Of a DNA stretch of 64,000 nucleotides, positions 41,801-55,351 are shown piece after piece. Below the pieces are notes generated by a model. That model saw only the letters and a program-made list of their open reading frames with translations, had not been told where the DNA came from and made no database searches. The stretch is from contig NW_002060947.1 of NCBI RefSeq assembly GCF_000150275.1, forward strand, positions 134,494 to 198,493, in the 5' to 3' direction. Source of the stretch: Trichoplax adhaerens. Taxonomy: Eukaryota; Animalia; Placozoa. Numbering within the stretch: the stretch's first letter is position 1; each line of letters opens with the position of its first letter. A program made the position numbers and the translations under genes.

Positions 41801-42187
41801 TCAGCTTAGATTCAAACCATAACTGATATTTTTTAATCGTCTATATGATGAACCGAATTAGACATTAAAGATAATCGAAGCGCTGCAGGACTTAAAGGCA
41901 TTAATTAAACTAAAACTGTGTTGGGTATTAAGTACTCTGGAGAATAATTTAATATACAGAATTATTGTTTCAGTATAGCGTTATTTTTTTAATACCACAG
42001 AAACCTCTTGTCTAAGTCTACTTGTAAATATCCCATGAGGTATTTCTTGGTATTTTTTCAAGCTATTTTATAGAATATATCAATATACCTGATGAAAACC
42101 ATTACTTACTACGACATGTATAGATGAACAGCTTGGGGAGTAGTAAGAGCATAAGAGGATAAGAGTGTTAAATTATATGCTATCAAT

Positions 42188-44385
42188 ATGATAAATAGTA
42201 CATTTCCTTGCCCCATCCATACCGAATGGAACATAACTGTATTTTCTTACAGTGTTAGAATTATTTTTCCTATCATATGGGCTATTTCGCTGTTACTCTC
42301 ATCCATTGGTAGTGGACTGATTCTTAACATTATTTTTGGACGTTTTAAAAGGTTACCTCCAACAGAAGTATTGCTCATTAATTTGGTTTTGGTAGATTTT
42401 TTTTTCGTTCTTTCATGGTATGTAAACTTCGACTTCAAACTTCTTGATTGTCATATACGTTAAGCTATTAAACGTTCTTTTTTCCTACCGAATTATAAGC
42501 ATGTATTACTTCCACAGCTTAATTTATTACTGGCAAAAGCATTGATATAAGATTTGATTATTGAAATAAATAAGTTAATCTAGTGCATTTGTTGTCACCA
42601 CAGTAATAGCACTCAACATACATTAGCTATTCAGTAACATGTTAGCATACTTGAAGTTATCGCAATCTGCAGTAAAATTAAAGTATATTTCCTACAGGAT
42701 TCGATTTTAACATTGACTGTGAAATATTGCTATAATTTTGTAACATACTTTTATTCAACAAATAACCGGTTTTCTTAGTTATTAGCTACATTTAGACGAG
42801 GTAAAAACTAGATTTTGAACTTCACGTTACAGATCGATTTCAAAGCTCAGCAATATTTATTTTGAATTTATTAATTTCTTGCCCAAATGAATCCACGTTA
42901 AAATTTTTAGCATTAATACATAGTGGTACTATTAAATAAATTATTAGTTATAGCGTTTCATCTTGAAAGAGTACCTTGCATTTCTAATATAAATTTGATC
43001 AAGTTGCGGCGTTGACTTGTTCTGAAATGTTGCCGTTTCAAAGAAAGTTAAATGCTAAATGTTACAAAAATCAGTTAGACGTACTTTTGCTATTAGTTTC
43101 TAGCTGTTATTAATCTATGTCTAGCAATTGTGATCCAGTTCTAACTAACTATTTATCGTATGAAATTAATAATTAACTAATTAACTTAATATGAAAATGC
43201 TCAATCTAATAGATTTATTCTTAGTAGTAATCGTGAAGTCGACTAAACAATTTTTGTGCCTAATTTTAATTTTCTTTATTTTACAAACAAATATGCATAA
43301 AAAAATGCTAGTATGTAGTAGTTTTGTCGTGAATGAATTAAAGTTGATTAGGGAAAATGTAGGTTTTGTTAAAAATTGCTCATACGAGCAAATTAGGAAG
43401 AGATAGAAATATTGATTTTTTAAATTTTGTATTGCTAATTAAATACGAATACGCTGTGATATGATTTGATTTTTAAACTGATTTGTAGCCATGTACACAT
43501 TAACTTTATTGCCTAGCAATAATTTTCTATTCTGTTATCTCATTGTTTAGTATCGTTTATATGATCCCGATGGTGGTATATGAAAGTCCAACATCGCAAC
43601 CATTGTTTCCTGAAAATACTTGGCAGTGTCGGCTTTTTTACGCTCCAGTTATGATCACTTCCTACGGTAGCTGTTTGACATTGGCGGCTTTAGCAATGAT
43701 TCGTTATATTAAGATAGAGCATGATCATGTATTTCTTCGTTACATTAATCGCTCTAGCATGATTGCTGTTTCGATCAGTATATGGACATTTTCCACATTG
43801 TGTAGCCTCTTTCCGATCTATGGTTTCTGGGGTAAACTAAAGTACAGCTCATTATCAGGCCTATGCTCACCTAATTTCGGTCCAATTTTAAGCCCTAGCC
43901 AAATTACGTACAACATCTTTATTGTTGGTTTATTCTACTGCGTTTTCAATTCTACTTGTGGTTGGTGTTATTTTAAGATATATAAAATACTGTCCGCTGC
44001 AGGAATTAGAAAACAATATCATGATTTTCGTAAAAATCACTCTAAAGATAACAGTAGAATAAATCATCGTAGAAATTATGTCTGGCTAAGGCGAGAGAAA
44101 AATATCGCATTTACTTTATTTATCATCTTTATAGGTAATTTAGCTACTTATGGCCCTGCGGCAATAGTTATGTTCCTACAAATGATAAATGAACTTCAAT
44201 CTTCTGCTATTCTTTCTTGCATCTTATTAACTGTAATGTATACTAACAGTGTGATCAATCCGTACATATTAATAGGAAGCAGTAGCAATTACCGACGTTA
44301 CTTAATTAAAAGATGGCGTCGATGTTTACTTTGGTGCTGTTGTGTGACTACCAATAGAGTTATTGCCGTAAAAGCAATGCAGTAA
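42188..44385 (+). CDS. Class A GPCR paralogue E, intact, 354 aa
   Basis: Exons 42188-42417 and 43551-44385, phase-2 intron. NLVLVDF, WQCRL, IRYIKI, FPIYGFWGKLKY..LSGLC, WCYFKIY, TYGP, MYTNSVINPYIL, Cys-rich tail CLLWCCC. Confidence 0.9.
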
Positions 44386-45954
44386 TTTTACAGTATTTTC
44401 TTAGAAATATTACAGTTAATTATTTCTTTGGCTTTCTAAACCTTAATACATTTATACTATTTTTATACTCTCTATTTAAAACTAATATATAATATATACG
44501 ATAATAGTAATCAATTACGTAATCGAATTATTTAAAAAATATTGATTAGGTGGAGGAAGATTAGCAATCAGTTTTGTGCAACATCCTGATCGAATATCGT
44601 CTAATGTTGAGTAACATTCCTTATGTACACCATAACATGGTTATTGTTAATCGTATTTATAGAATTTGCTGATGATGATCTAATCTGTGATGCGACATAT
44701 AGTTGTATTCGCCACTGTATGTCGCGATACGTAGTACCTGGTATAATATTATGAATGAGTATAAAATATTATATACTGTGTAATGGATTCTCATGTAAAT
44801 TGTTAGTTGTTAGTTGATATTAACTTAGAATTTATGAAAACTTAAAATCTTTATAATAAGTATAGTAAACCCTATTAAAGATGTTTCATAGTTTTCCATA
44901 TAAAGAAAGTTGAATCAGATTGCTTTCTGAATGACTATTTTTATCTAGAATATGTCAAATCTTTATTATCGGAAGTGTAAATTGATGGATGACCATATAA
45001 AAGAGTTAGCTAATAATAAAGCTAGACTTTTTTAAGCTAGGAACTAAAATTTTGTTACGATTGATGAGATCAATAATGCAGCATTTACAATTTTATCCAA
45101 ATATTGTTAAACAAGATTACGTAGCAGTACTGTAAGTTCATTGACTACTCTATCCATAAAATGGAGGTTTCATAGTGTAATGAAAATATGTAGTCTATAT
45201 GAACTCCTAATGATAGGAATTCATCAGTATGTAATGCTTTAAAGCACCTATTAAAGGCAGATTTGGAGCCAGACAAGAAGGAATGAAAAGCATTTGCGTA
45301 AATCATTGAACCCTGAATGAAACTATTATAACGATATGTAATAAAATCAAAGTACGTGATTGCTGGTAAGATCTTTTCCAACGGTTGGCTAGCCGATGAC
45401 TTAAGCAATGAGATATAAATAAATAAGTTTTAGCTTATATTTATTAATTACAACTTATGAGCGATAAAATAATTATATCTTTATTAAAGTATTTTAAGCT
45501 CCATTTTCATACTGAACTAAAGAGCACGATGATGAATAGTAATCTAGAAAAGGAAATTGAATGGCAACGCTTTTTTAAATTTAGGTTTATATCTTAGCAG
45601 CTATGTTAGATATAATTTTAATATTCTACATTGAGAAAGATCAAAATGATACTATTTCCTTAATTACCTGGTCAAAAATAAAAAACTTTTCTTTTAAAGT
45701 AACTATATACTTAATTACGATCGTTACCAATCAAGCTCATTTAACAGATATTAATAATCTAATATTCGTAACCAGACGTTGGCATCATTCGTTTTTCTAA
45801 GTAGAATTAAATATTACTAAAAAGGATAATATCATGTTTAAATGATTAAAGATTTTGAAATTAGCTTTATTGGATGGCTAAATATCAATTAAATCTATTT
45901 TTACAATCATTGCTTCATTGGCATTTAAACGGAGTAATTATTGCTATCATGCCG

Positions 45955-46942
45955 TGTCACAAAACAGCTTTGCAACAAGATAACGTAATGTACGATCAAT
46001 AAGTCAATTCCTTGAACCACGCATCAAGAACGATATCTGCACTATCAGAAACACTTTTGCTCTGCTAGCAGATGTTAAGCTTTCTAGTTTATCGTAACAA
46101 TAATTCAATAGTCCAGTAGGGCTTGAGTACTGAACAATCACGAGTCCAATAGAGCTTAAGTACCGAACTAACTTTATTATGCATTAGGAGCCGTTATATA
46201 TAAGAGACAATTACCAGTAATGTGCAATAACGGACATACCATGAATGTTAACGACAATCTTATCTTATTCATAATAAGATAACAACTTATTTTCTTAGAT
46301 ATGCTATCTAGGACTTAATCGTCATCATTACAGAACAACTGCAGAAATATACTGTAATAAACAGGCTTATTCAATACGATAGATCTTAGCGATACTATGT
46401 CTACAACATCTATATTATTTCGTAACAGCAGACCACACAAAGACTTAAACGCCTCGTATTTTACGTTAAACACTAAGTTTGAGAATCCACTTTATTACAC
46501 GATATACTGCATTTATATACTCTTCCTCGATAGTTCATGAGTCATAGTTAGTACGATTAAGTTCGGAATCATTTACTAAATTAGATATTAATTTTAGCTA
46601 CTGCTCCCTTAATGCAGACAACAGTATTTACGAACATAGACATCTGATGAGTAATACAGAATAGTCGGATTACGATATGTCCTATCACGGAACATTTCCA
46701 CGATAATTTACAATGTACCATAAGTAAGTTACAATCACAATGATTCGAACTGTAAGTAGATGATTTGCATTCCCTATTATAACTATTAATTCAGTATGTG
46801 TACATGTGTCTCTGTCATAAAAAGTTAGTGCTATATTAAAATACAGTATATCCAAATCAGAAGTTAACTAAATAAGGAGAGGCTAACAGAATTTTCCTAA
46901 CATAGATATTTCTACTCTAATACAGTATATAACACTGTCACA
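45955..46942 (-). mobile_element. Solo LTR-like element (~628 bp, same family as 62320-62949) interrupted by a nested element
   Basis: TGTCACA...TGTCACA on +; flanks TGCCG / TACCG (4/5 TSD). Segments 45955-46072 and 46433-46942 align end to end with the reverse complement of 62320-62949 (8 differences in the first ~119 bp by eye). Confidence 0.88.
46073..46427 (+). mobile_element. Nested solo LTR-like element, 355 bp
   Basis: TGTTA...TAACA termini; perfect TSD GCAGA (46068-46072 / 46428-46432); absent from the 62-kb copy, which has a single GCAGA. Internal ~26-bp direct repeat (46110-46135 / 46143-46168), TATATATAAG near 46196 and AATAAA near 46356. Confidence 0.85.
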
Positions 46943-49900
46943 TACCGCTACGTGGCTAGATTCTGCTGAAACATTGGTATGAGGTTAGACTTCTAGTCTA
47001 TAAATGTAGCCAACTGAAAATGAGCTTTTGATGAAAGTAAGAATAGAATAATGTATCGTTTATTAGCGTATGGAAGATCAATGTCAATCGTAATTAAAAC
47101 TGCTGCTACAAATTTTTTTTAATAGAAATTGATCGACCGTTTGCTAGATTTTAATCTGCATGAAGGATATTTAATTTAGTATCAAAGACTATTCATTCAT
47201 TTTTGGCTTTCTTTACTCGATCAGAACTATCCACGGAGATGTTTTTGAAAACATAAAATGACTAGACAATAGCTTCCGACAACCACACCTACGTTATTGT
47301 AACGGACATCTTGGTAATTGGGTGCGAATGGCGTTTATTATACTACTATTGTTGCTTACAATTTATAGTGTACTTAAGTTCAATAAATCTTTGAAAGCTA
47401 CTCTCTATAAAATCAACACTTTAAAATGTTATTTTTCATACGGGTACTAGGTAGTACTTTTATATTTTTTAATTAAATGGCCAGTAACTTTATTTTTATT
47501 ATGATAATATATCGGAGCATTACTATAATATATTCTATTTAGTTATGATGTATAGAGCTATAATTTCATTCGAATGCCTTAACTTCGGCTTGTCCACTAG
47601 GAAAGCCCCTGCTAGAATTATCTAGGAAGAGATAGGGCATCTCACATATTCTAATGACAGACTACGATTTAAAATTATCCAGTAATGATCATCGATTCAA
47701 AATAACAGTTGTAATACTATAAGTTTTAATGACATTAATTTCTGTATTTATTCCATTATTGCAGCAATAGCTTTGTTCCATTAAATCTTGTAGAAAATGC
47801 AAATCTGATTGTCGATATTATCAATGATTGATAAAATGTGATTTCATTTTTTTGTATGCTAACTTATTTTTTCAATTTTAATGAAGATTTTACAACTTTG
47901 GTATATTGTTCTACCGGTAATTGATAGCAGACATGATCGAATGGTGGTACCATAACGTTTGATAATTATTAATTGAACCTACTGTAATTTGTAATAGCAT
48001 TATATTAAGTTCAATTAATAATTGACAAACACAATAGTTCGATCATATTATAGTAAATTGTACGTGTATCTGAGGCCATTGCTACTACTTTAATAAGATA
48101 ATTTAGATTAATTGGTCACAGTCCGAACCGTTATGAATAAAATTCTGATTGATTAAGGGCTATTCACTACGGCATGCTGTAAAAGGCTTTAGAAATAGAA
48201 ATATTTTAATTTGATGTTTAAAATTATTTATCATAAGCTGGTGTTGCCACGCGCTACTTCTTGAATGAATTAATCGGACTAATATCAAGAGCTTTCTTTG
48301 AGCTGCTTCCACAGATTTCTGCACTAACCTATGGCAAGGGCTAGTAAGAAGACAATTAGCCTTACTACTATGACTTCGAAGTACTGTCCTTCGAAAGGTT
48401 CAATTCGGTAACGGTAGTTGCAAAGTATGATAATAAAATGAACAACATATACTGTAGGTAGTAACGCTTGCATTTTAACTCAAATCAGCTGGTATAAACC
48501 CATAAATATAGCTACAAATTAATAATTTTCTAGCAGCAAAATATGAAATTAAAAAATTATAATTATTTCAATTATATATTTGAACCAATTAGCATCATAA
48601 ATACTGTATTACTGTAATTAGATATAAGGATAGATTAATTTATGAACTCTGATCTTACCTAAATTATATAAAAAGCCTTATTGACCGGTAGTAGTATCAT
48701 GTCACAAGTAATGTTCATAAATTACATTTTTCCGACGAAGCACAAGTTATATTGGAATGCTATAGCGTATTAATTCGTAAACTAGTAGGTGAGATACTTG
48801 TATGGTTTTTCTTATTCAATAGAATTCAAACACTATAACAATCGAGATTTCTTCAAAGTCTATAATAATAGGAACGGTATGCCGAAGTATTCCTCTATAA
48901 ATAGTAATTTGCTTATAATACGTAAATTCAAAGTTTTGAATTTAAATGAAAATTTCTGTTCCTGTCGTTTTCAGCTACTATTAGAAGAGAATATGATTTG
49001 GGCAGCTAGTAAAATGAATCAATTCCTTAATTTTTTAGTTAATTTAAAATAAAAGTTTTCTGGGCTATTGTACGATTTACAAGCTATAGACTTTAAGCTG
49101 AGTAAATATATAGAGTATTTCGTGGTAATTCTAATTGCAATCTATAACGTTAGAAAATAATTCGGAAATATGATAATATGGGCTTGTCACGGTAACAAAT
49201 TACCGTAAGTGGTTATTTCATGCAAATATGTAGATTTACGCTTTATTAGGGGATGGCGACTGTCATCAACGTTCTTATGTTATTCTATTACTGAATATAG
49301 TGTAAACATGAGCATTAGGAACAAGATTGGTCAAACTAATGTTTACGTTATAAAGCTGTAATCTAAGTAATTATTCAGTTAAGATGGAAATTTTAAAATT
49401 TAGCGGTAGCCTTTAAATATAACTGTTGGGAATTGGTTTAACTGATACTGTTGCCATCTGCCGATGTATTATAAACCTGATTGGTAAACTTGCATATGCT
49501 AATGTATACAGATTTTGGATATTCTAAATTTAAATTTCATACTAAATAAGTTCGATAAGAAGTAATGAAAATCGGGGATATTTCGTATATTAGTGCTGTA
49601 TTCAACACTACAGTTAGATAAGAGAAGTCTTAAACGGAAACATTTTGGTAGAAATATTACCTATGAATGGTCACATTGTAAATCTAAAAGGGGTTGAACA
49701 GTTTAACTATTTACGCCATTAAAATATCTGTTTAAGCAGTTACCGATTAATAAATTTGATTTAAGATTTCATTTTAAGTTGAATACTTAACTTGTTATCT
49801 AGAATAGTCGATTATAGTTCTGACTACGGAAAACAGTTTCAGTACAGTAGATCGCCTTGTGATATAACAGTATATAGTAATTTCAATTAGTTGGTAGTGA

Positions 49901-50517
49901 CAATAAATAGCCGAAATTATTTTCTCAACCCGTATTGCTAGTGTTATAGTAAATGGAGGTCGATAGCAGGGCTATACATCAGTATATATAAATATGACCG
50001 GTAGTTAATCAGTTAGAGCTATTGTCGTTATTTCTAATTTAGATTTTTGCGTGATCTAATGGGATATTTCATACTAAAATCAGTTAAGAGAACGTAAATT
50101 TATCGTAATTATATAAGTCGATCTTCAACCGAAGTGCCTTGAGATATTAGTAAATACGGTAATTCATTCAGTAGATCTAGATACTTGCTGATCCATACAT
50201 TTACTAACTACAAGCTACGTACTACAGGCTTAAGAATTATACCAATAGTATAAGTTATACTTTTGATAATGAACTTGTACAATTTGCAGCATTTTAAAAC
50301 GATGAATATGTTACGATTTCTAAATATTAAAAGGTTGCACTAAGTAATTTAGTGGTACAAAGAATCCACTTCAATGCTTCAAATTAAATGCTATGATTAA
50401 GAACAGATCGTGAGAAAGTAAAATTTAGTTTGATCTTGCGGCTTGATTGCAAGATATGATTAGTAATAGTAGATGAGCCAAAATTTTTTTTAGTAAGCCA
50501 AGTTTTACTAAAAGTAC

Positions 50518-50893
50518 TGTCACAAACCCGCTTCGTGACAAGGATAACGTAAAATAAATCTCTAAACTACTAAAGTCTACGGGATTCGGTATCACTTAAC
50601 TATCTCACAAGAATTTAGATGCCTTAGTTTCTAAGTTAAACGAATACAGAATTCCGATTTTACTCAGCTATCCACCGAGCTTAATACCCTCCAGCAACAG
50701 CTATCATGAATGAGTCATCATAAGATTATGAAAGTTAGTTCATACTGGATAGCTAAATCAATACACAGATATTTATAATCGTAAATATGTACCGAATGAT
50801 TCTAGATAACTAGATGTCGTGATGTATCCGTATTGGATTATACTAGGATATGTATACTATGCAGTGTAAGTCGCTATGTCAAGAATAATCACA
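50518..50893 (-). mobile_element. Solo LTR-like element related to 22743-23184; right boundary tentative
   Basis: 50518-50725 is homologous to the reverse complement of about 22975-23184. Begins TGTCACA; candidate end ATCACA at 50893 gives flanks AGTAC / AGTGC (4/5). Confidence 0.6.
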
Positions 50894-50919
50894 AGTGCAC
50901 CATCGGCGTAGGCCAAGAC

Positions 50920-51760
50920 TGTAAAAGCCGACCACTAGCTTAGCTGCTCAGTTCCATTTAGTCACTTGCAGGGTCACTTGACTACTATTGCTAAGAATAT
51001 TCTTATATTTTTCTTTAATACATTTTACGACTAAGATTAACGTAAATAAAGTGAAGTATTTAGACCTATTTAATCATAAGTAACTTATTTGTGTAGCTGA
51101 GAGTTAGTTCAACTACGATAGGTCCCTAAGTTAGTTGGGAACACGAGTACTAGTGAAGTTAGTGTTTAAGATCCATTTTCGAATTATAAAGGAGAATTGT
51201 AACAATTAGATGATTGCTAACTACTGTATTAGAAATTGTTGATGACTAATAAAAGCTAGTTTAATAATTACGGTACAAGATTTATATAGCTAGAAACTTA
51301 GTAGTTGTTAAGATTCCCTTCGGAGAAAGGGCCTAGATGCTAATAGAAGAGTAGTGACATCTTAAAAAGAATGATTTAGATTATAGAAAATAATGATGTA
51401 CCATTAGAGAAAAGTATTTTATTTGATGACTCATATCTGATTATAGATTAACCAAGTTGTCATAAATGGATTTAACGAAATGCATACAGGAACTGCAGAG
51501 ATGAGCTCATGGAGAGAAGAGACTTCACTTCGCTTTGAGCTCCGAATACTTCAGATTTTAGAATAGATTCTTGTAGTAATTAATTCTTGCTCTACTATTC
51601 CTAAAGCCATGTAATAAAAGCCTTTTAGAAAATACTATTTGACTAAGATAGATATTGTGAGGCGCATTTATTAAACTAGATTACAGATTTATATTCATGG
51701 AGTTATTTATGGTATCGACTATAATTGAATATCTTCAAGATATTAATCACAAGCGTCACA
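50920..51760 (-). mobile_element. Possible LTR-like element, boundaries uncertain
   Basis: TGTAA...GTCACA with 4-bp flanks AGAC/AGAC. CCGACCACTAG (50928-50938) is the reverse complement of CTAGTGGTCGG (60368-60378), which lies near the terminus of the 59.7-kb candidate. Confidence 0.3.
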
Positions 51761-53754
51761 AGACATGACACTATAATCAATTAACATCAGCTACCATATA
51801 AGAACTCTTACTACCGTGCGGTATAATTTAATGTAACCAGTAATAACTATCATGGTTCTTACTATAAGCTATTAATAGTTATCACTATATATAAGTACTA
51901 ATTCAGTAAATTTAGTCTTTTATTTCTATACAGTAGTTCGTACGGTAACAAATATTTATTTGTCATGTTTTAAAGACGCTGGTCCACTTTAATTAATTTA
52001 TTGCTCTAAAAATAAATAACAGTGCATGTGTAATAAATCGGTGTCATGATCAATAGTCCGAAATATACTGTGCAAAGGCTTCAGTAAAGAATCGTCTTGA
52101 GATCAGTAACCTCATTACTTAGTAAGTAACATCATACGCTTTATCTACTTTAGCGATTGAAGTGAATATCGCCTATTTCTTCAAATCTTAATTCGTTTTA
52201 TCCAATAGTTCATATTTCTATCAAGCAAGTATTCAACGTACTCTTACGGGTTGGGGTAATAGTCTTCGGAGGATTTTGCGCCTAGAATTACTTTATTACG
52301 GATAATTTTGCATAAGTATGATACTAGATTAATTGTGTAAGAATCGGATGCCTGCCATATTGTGACTCTTTCTCAAAGTTCATATTCGATTACGATTACA
52401 TTTGCAATTACCAAATACCGCTTAACAATTTATTGTAATAGAAAATTTCAACACAAGATTTTGTAAATAGCGGAAATATGTATATTATAATATACTGTAT
52501 TTCTATTATTTAGCGAAACTCGTGGAAATTTCACTGTACGTAACAGATTAACACACATTTATTCTCATAAATATGATTTGATAGCACTTACTGATTAAAT
52601 ATCTTTTCATAGCCGTAGTGTTTCCGTATCCAAATCATATTTAGTGTACATTATTTTTGCTCAAACTTGAGCGTGAATTTTAAGCCTATAGTGCAGCCCG
52701 AAGTATAGCTTAAATATTGATTGTATGATTGTATGAGTATTGTAACCCACGTGTTAATTTGTCAGATAGATACCCTTGTAAGTTCTAAATTGTAGAATAT
52801 AAGATTTTATAAGTGAGTATTCGTGTTAGTAGTTACAAAGTAGCTTGTAGTAGTTGTTAGAGATGCTGTATTGGGTGATCTTCATACCTTAAGATACGCT
52901 AGTAACGAAATGCTAATCTAATTAAAATAAATATTGATCCCTATTTCCTCGTGATACTCTGTAACTAAATGTATATAAACAGGATATTTTATCTCCGAAG
53001 TTTAGTTAGTTGTAGCTAATCTAGCCCTTGGTAGAAGACGTAATTTATACTCAAGATACGGAAGTCTTGCTTAAAGTTAGACACTTTATCACAAAGTCAA
53101 ATTGGTCATCATATAAGTTGCATCGTTTCTAAGTTAATAGTATATTACTTAGACTTGTGTCACGAAGTAGCTTTAGCTTTATTTCTAATATGAACAGATT
53201 GCATTTACTATTAAAGTAATCATTCATTTTTCGTAACTTCCATACTTATAAAGCATTTGAAACCATTTTACACTGCAATACTCGCCATATCAGCAATAGA
53301 ATTCTAGATTTATGCTTGGCGATAAGCAAACTTTATTCTATAGATAACGATATTCCATATACGGATCAGTTATACCATTTTCCAAGCATATTATGGATAT
53401 AGTAAGCCTCTTATCTTCGTTTAAGACATACTATATGCAATAAACAATACCAGCTGTAAGTTTATTAAATAATAAAACTAGTACACCTTGTTAACTTTAA
53501 TTTAAGAACAGTTAGAAAATGTAATAAATTATATAGGCGAATTCGTTTCATAGTTTAAGTTAGCGGCAATGCAATAGTAATTAAGGATGGGAAACTTAAT
53601 ACGGGTACATCACTCTTATTTTATTTTTTAGACTTTTAGCTTATGTACGAACTATAAGTTTGGCTATAAACTAGCATACAGGTTGAGGTTAAATGTCCGC
53701 ATTTAATAATATAGTATTGGTCTTAATACTATTTCGTTGAGCCGGTGAAATCAA

Positions 53755-54810
53755 CTATTTAGTCGATGTTTTCCGCATACAGCCGCCACTATCACGAATA
53801 ATAAATAGTGTTGATGTTCTGCGAATAGGAATAATGGTAGAAGTAAATTTTATCGATTTAATGCTTTGACGAAAAGATGGACTTGATGCCATATATATAA
53901 AAGGATTCCACACCGATGAAGAATAAGCAATCATTCTAAATACAAATGAGATATTGGCCATGATAAAATACAAGGATGGATCTTGTTTAAATCTTGTACG
54001 AAGCGCTACATCCATAAATAGTAGAGTATAAAATCCAATACTAGATAAAATATAAACTAGCAGAACAATAAATGCCGTCTTTGCGCGACGTTTAGCGTAA
54101 CAAAGTTGATGTGCATTAGGCTGTAGATGGATAGGTAATTGATTTAATTTTCGTAGTACTTTACCAATGACAATATAAGAAACGATTCCAGAAACCAAAG
54201 GCATAAAAAATTGTATTATCATACCAGAAATTAAATAAGTTATAGAAGACTGTGCTTGCATACGGATATAGCAATATTGATAGGGTGTTAAGGTCAAAAA
54301 ATGAATTTGAGGCGAAGCGAAGGTAAAGCTGAAAATCCAAATTAGAGAAATAACTAAACCAATAGCTTTAGTACTACACCAACGTTCAAAAAAGAACGGT
54401 TTTGCGATAGCTAATGAACGATCAATACTAACTACGACTAACGTTAAGGCAGAAACGATAATAACCGTTGTTTGGATTACAGGTATAGCTTTGCATAAAA
54501 AGAGACCATAATAAAAATAACCTTTATTTAACATAATTGTTCCTGTAAACGGAATGGTAACGGCTAATAGAAAGTCTGCGGTTGCTAAATTGCAAAATAA
54601 CATAAACATATTAGTGGATCGTAAGCTACGTGATAGCAGAATTACTATAATAATAGTACTATTAGCGATAAATCCGCCAGCAGCTATGATATAGCTTATG
54701 ATAGCATGCATCACAAAAGGGATTGGAGCTATAGCATCCGAAGATCGTGAATTCGCTGAAGTGGTTGATAAAAATGATCCATTGCTGTCCGGTAGAGATG
54801 TCGTAGTCAT
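53755..54810 (-). CDS. Class A GPCR with intronless CDS, peptide-receptor-like, 351 aa, not a member of the + strand family
   Basis: Single ORF with an N-glycosylation site (NGS), ANS in TM1, NLATADFL, YGLFLCK, VSIDRS, IWIFSFTFASPQ, FFMP, NPFIY and a Ser/Thr-rich tail. Confidence 0.9.
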   Translation of the reverse strand: MTTTSLPDSNGSFLSTTSANSRSSDAIAPIPFVMHAIISYIIAAGGFIANSTIIIVILLSRSLRSTNMFMLFCNLATADFLLAVTIPFTGTIMLNKGYFYYGLFLCKAIPVIQTTVIIVSALTLVVVSIDRSLAIAKPFFFERWCSTKAIGLVISLIWIFSFTFASPQIHFLTLTPYQYCYIRMQAQSSITYLISGMIIQFFMPLVSGIVSYIVIGKVLRKLNQLPIHLQPNAHQLCYAKRRAKTAFIVLLVYILSSIGFYTLLFMDVALRTRFKQDPSLYFIMANISFVFRMIAYSSSVWNPFIYMASSPSFRQSIKSIKFTSTIIPIRRTSTLFIIRDSGGCMRKTSTK

Positions 54811-55351
54811 TTTTTCTCTTCACTGTTAGTATAGATGAAATAATTTGATTAGGGTAACTTAATTGATGCTATTTCTGAAAATAAGATTAAATTTATTATA
54901 AGATAGCCAGACTATTAACAATTTAATAAGGAATCAAGAAAACTGCAAATTATAAATGATTTTAAAGTACTGAATACATAAATAATATTAAACTTTTCAA
55001 ACGTAAGGCTAGAATCTACTTTAAGTCTTAAAGGTTTTACTAACTGTAATTACAGAGAAAGCAAAATGCATGCATTCAGAATGAAGTATAAGATTCACTG
55101 CAACGATTTTCCTATTATAACTACAGGTTTAGATGCTATTCGAGTAAAAATTCATATAAGAACTTATAATTTGATAACTATATAGTAAGAAAGTCGGCGC
55201 ACTTCTAAGTTTGCTTCTGTTTTTCCTATAGTATATTATATTGATAAATTCTGATTATTCTAAAATTCTTTTCAAGGTTTTATTTATGTTAATAATGGCT
55301 CATAGGTACCGTTGAATGCTTTTTTTATTTTCCAGTAAACTTGAATAGAAA

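Noticed and set aside
47258-47450. Possible degenerate GPCR exon 1
   Set aside because: Hydrophobic stretches fall in different frames and there is no NL...D TM2 motif.
52741-53165. Further LTR-like segment (TGTAAC start, TATATAAA near 52972)
   Set aside because: No clean CA terminus with a matching TSD and no homologous copy in the window.
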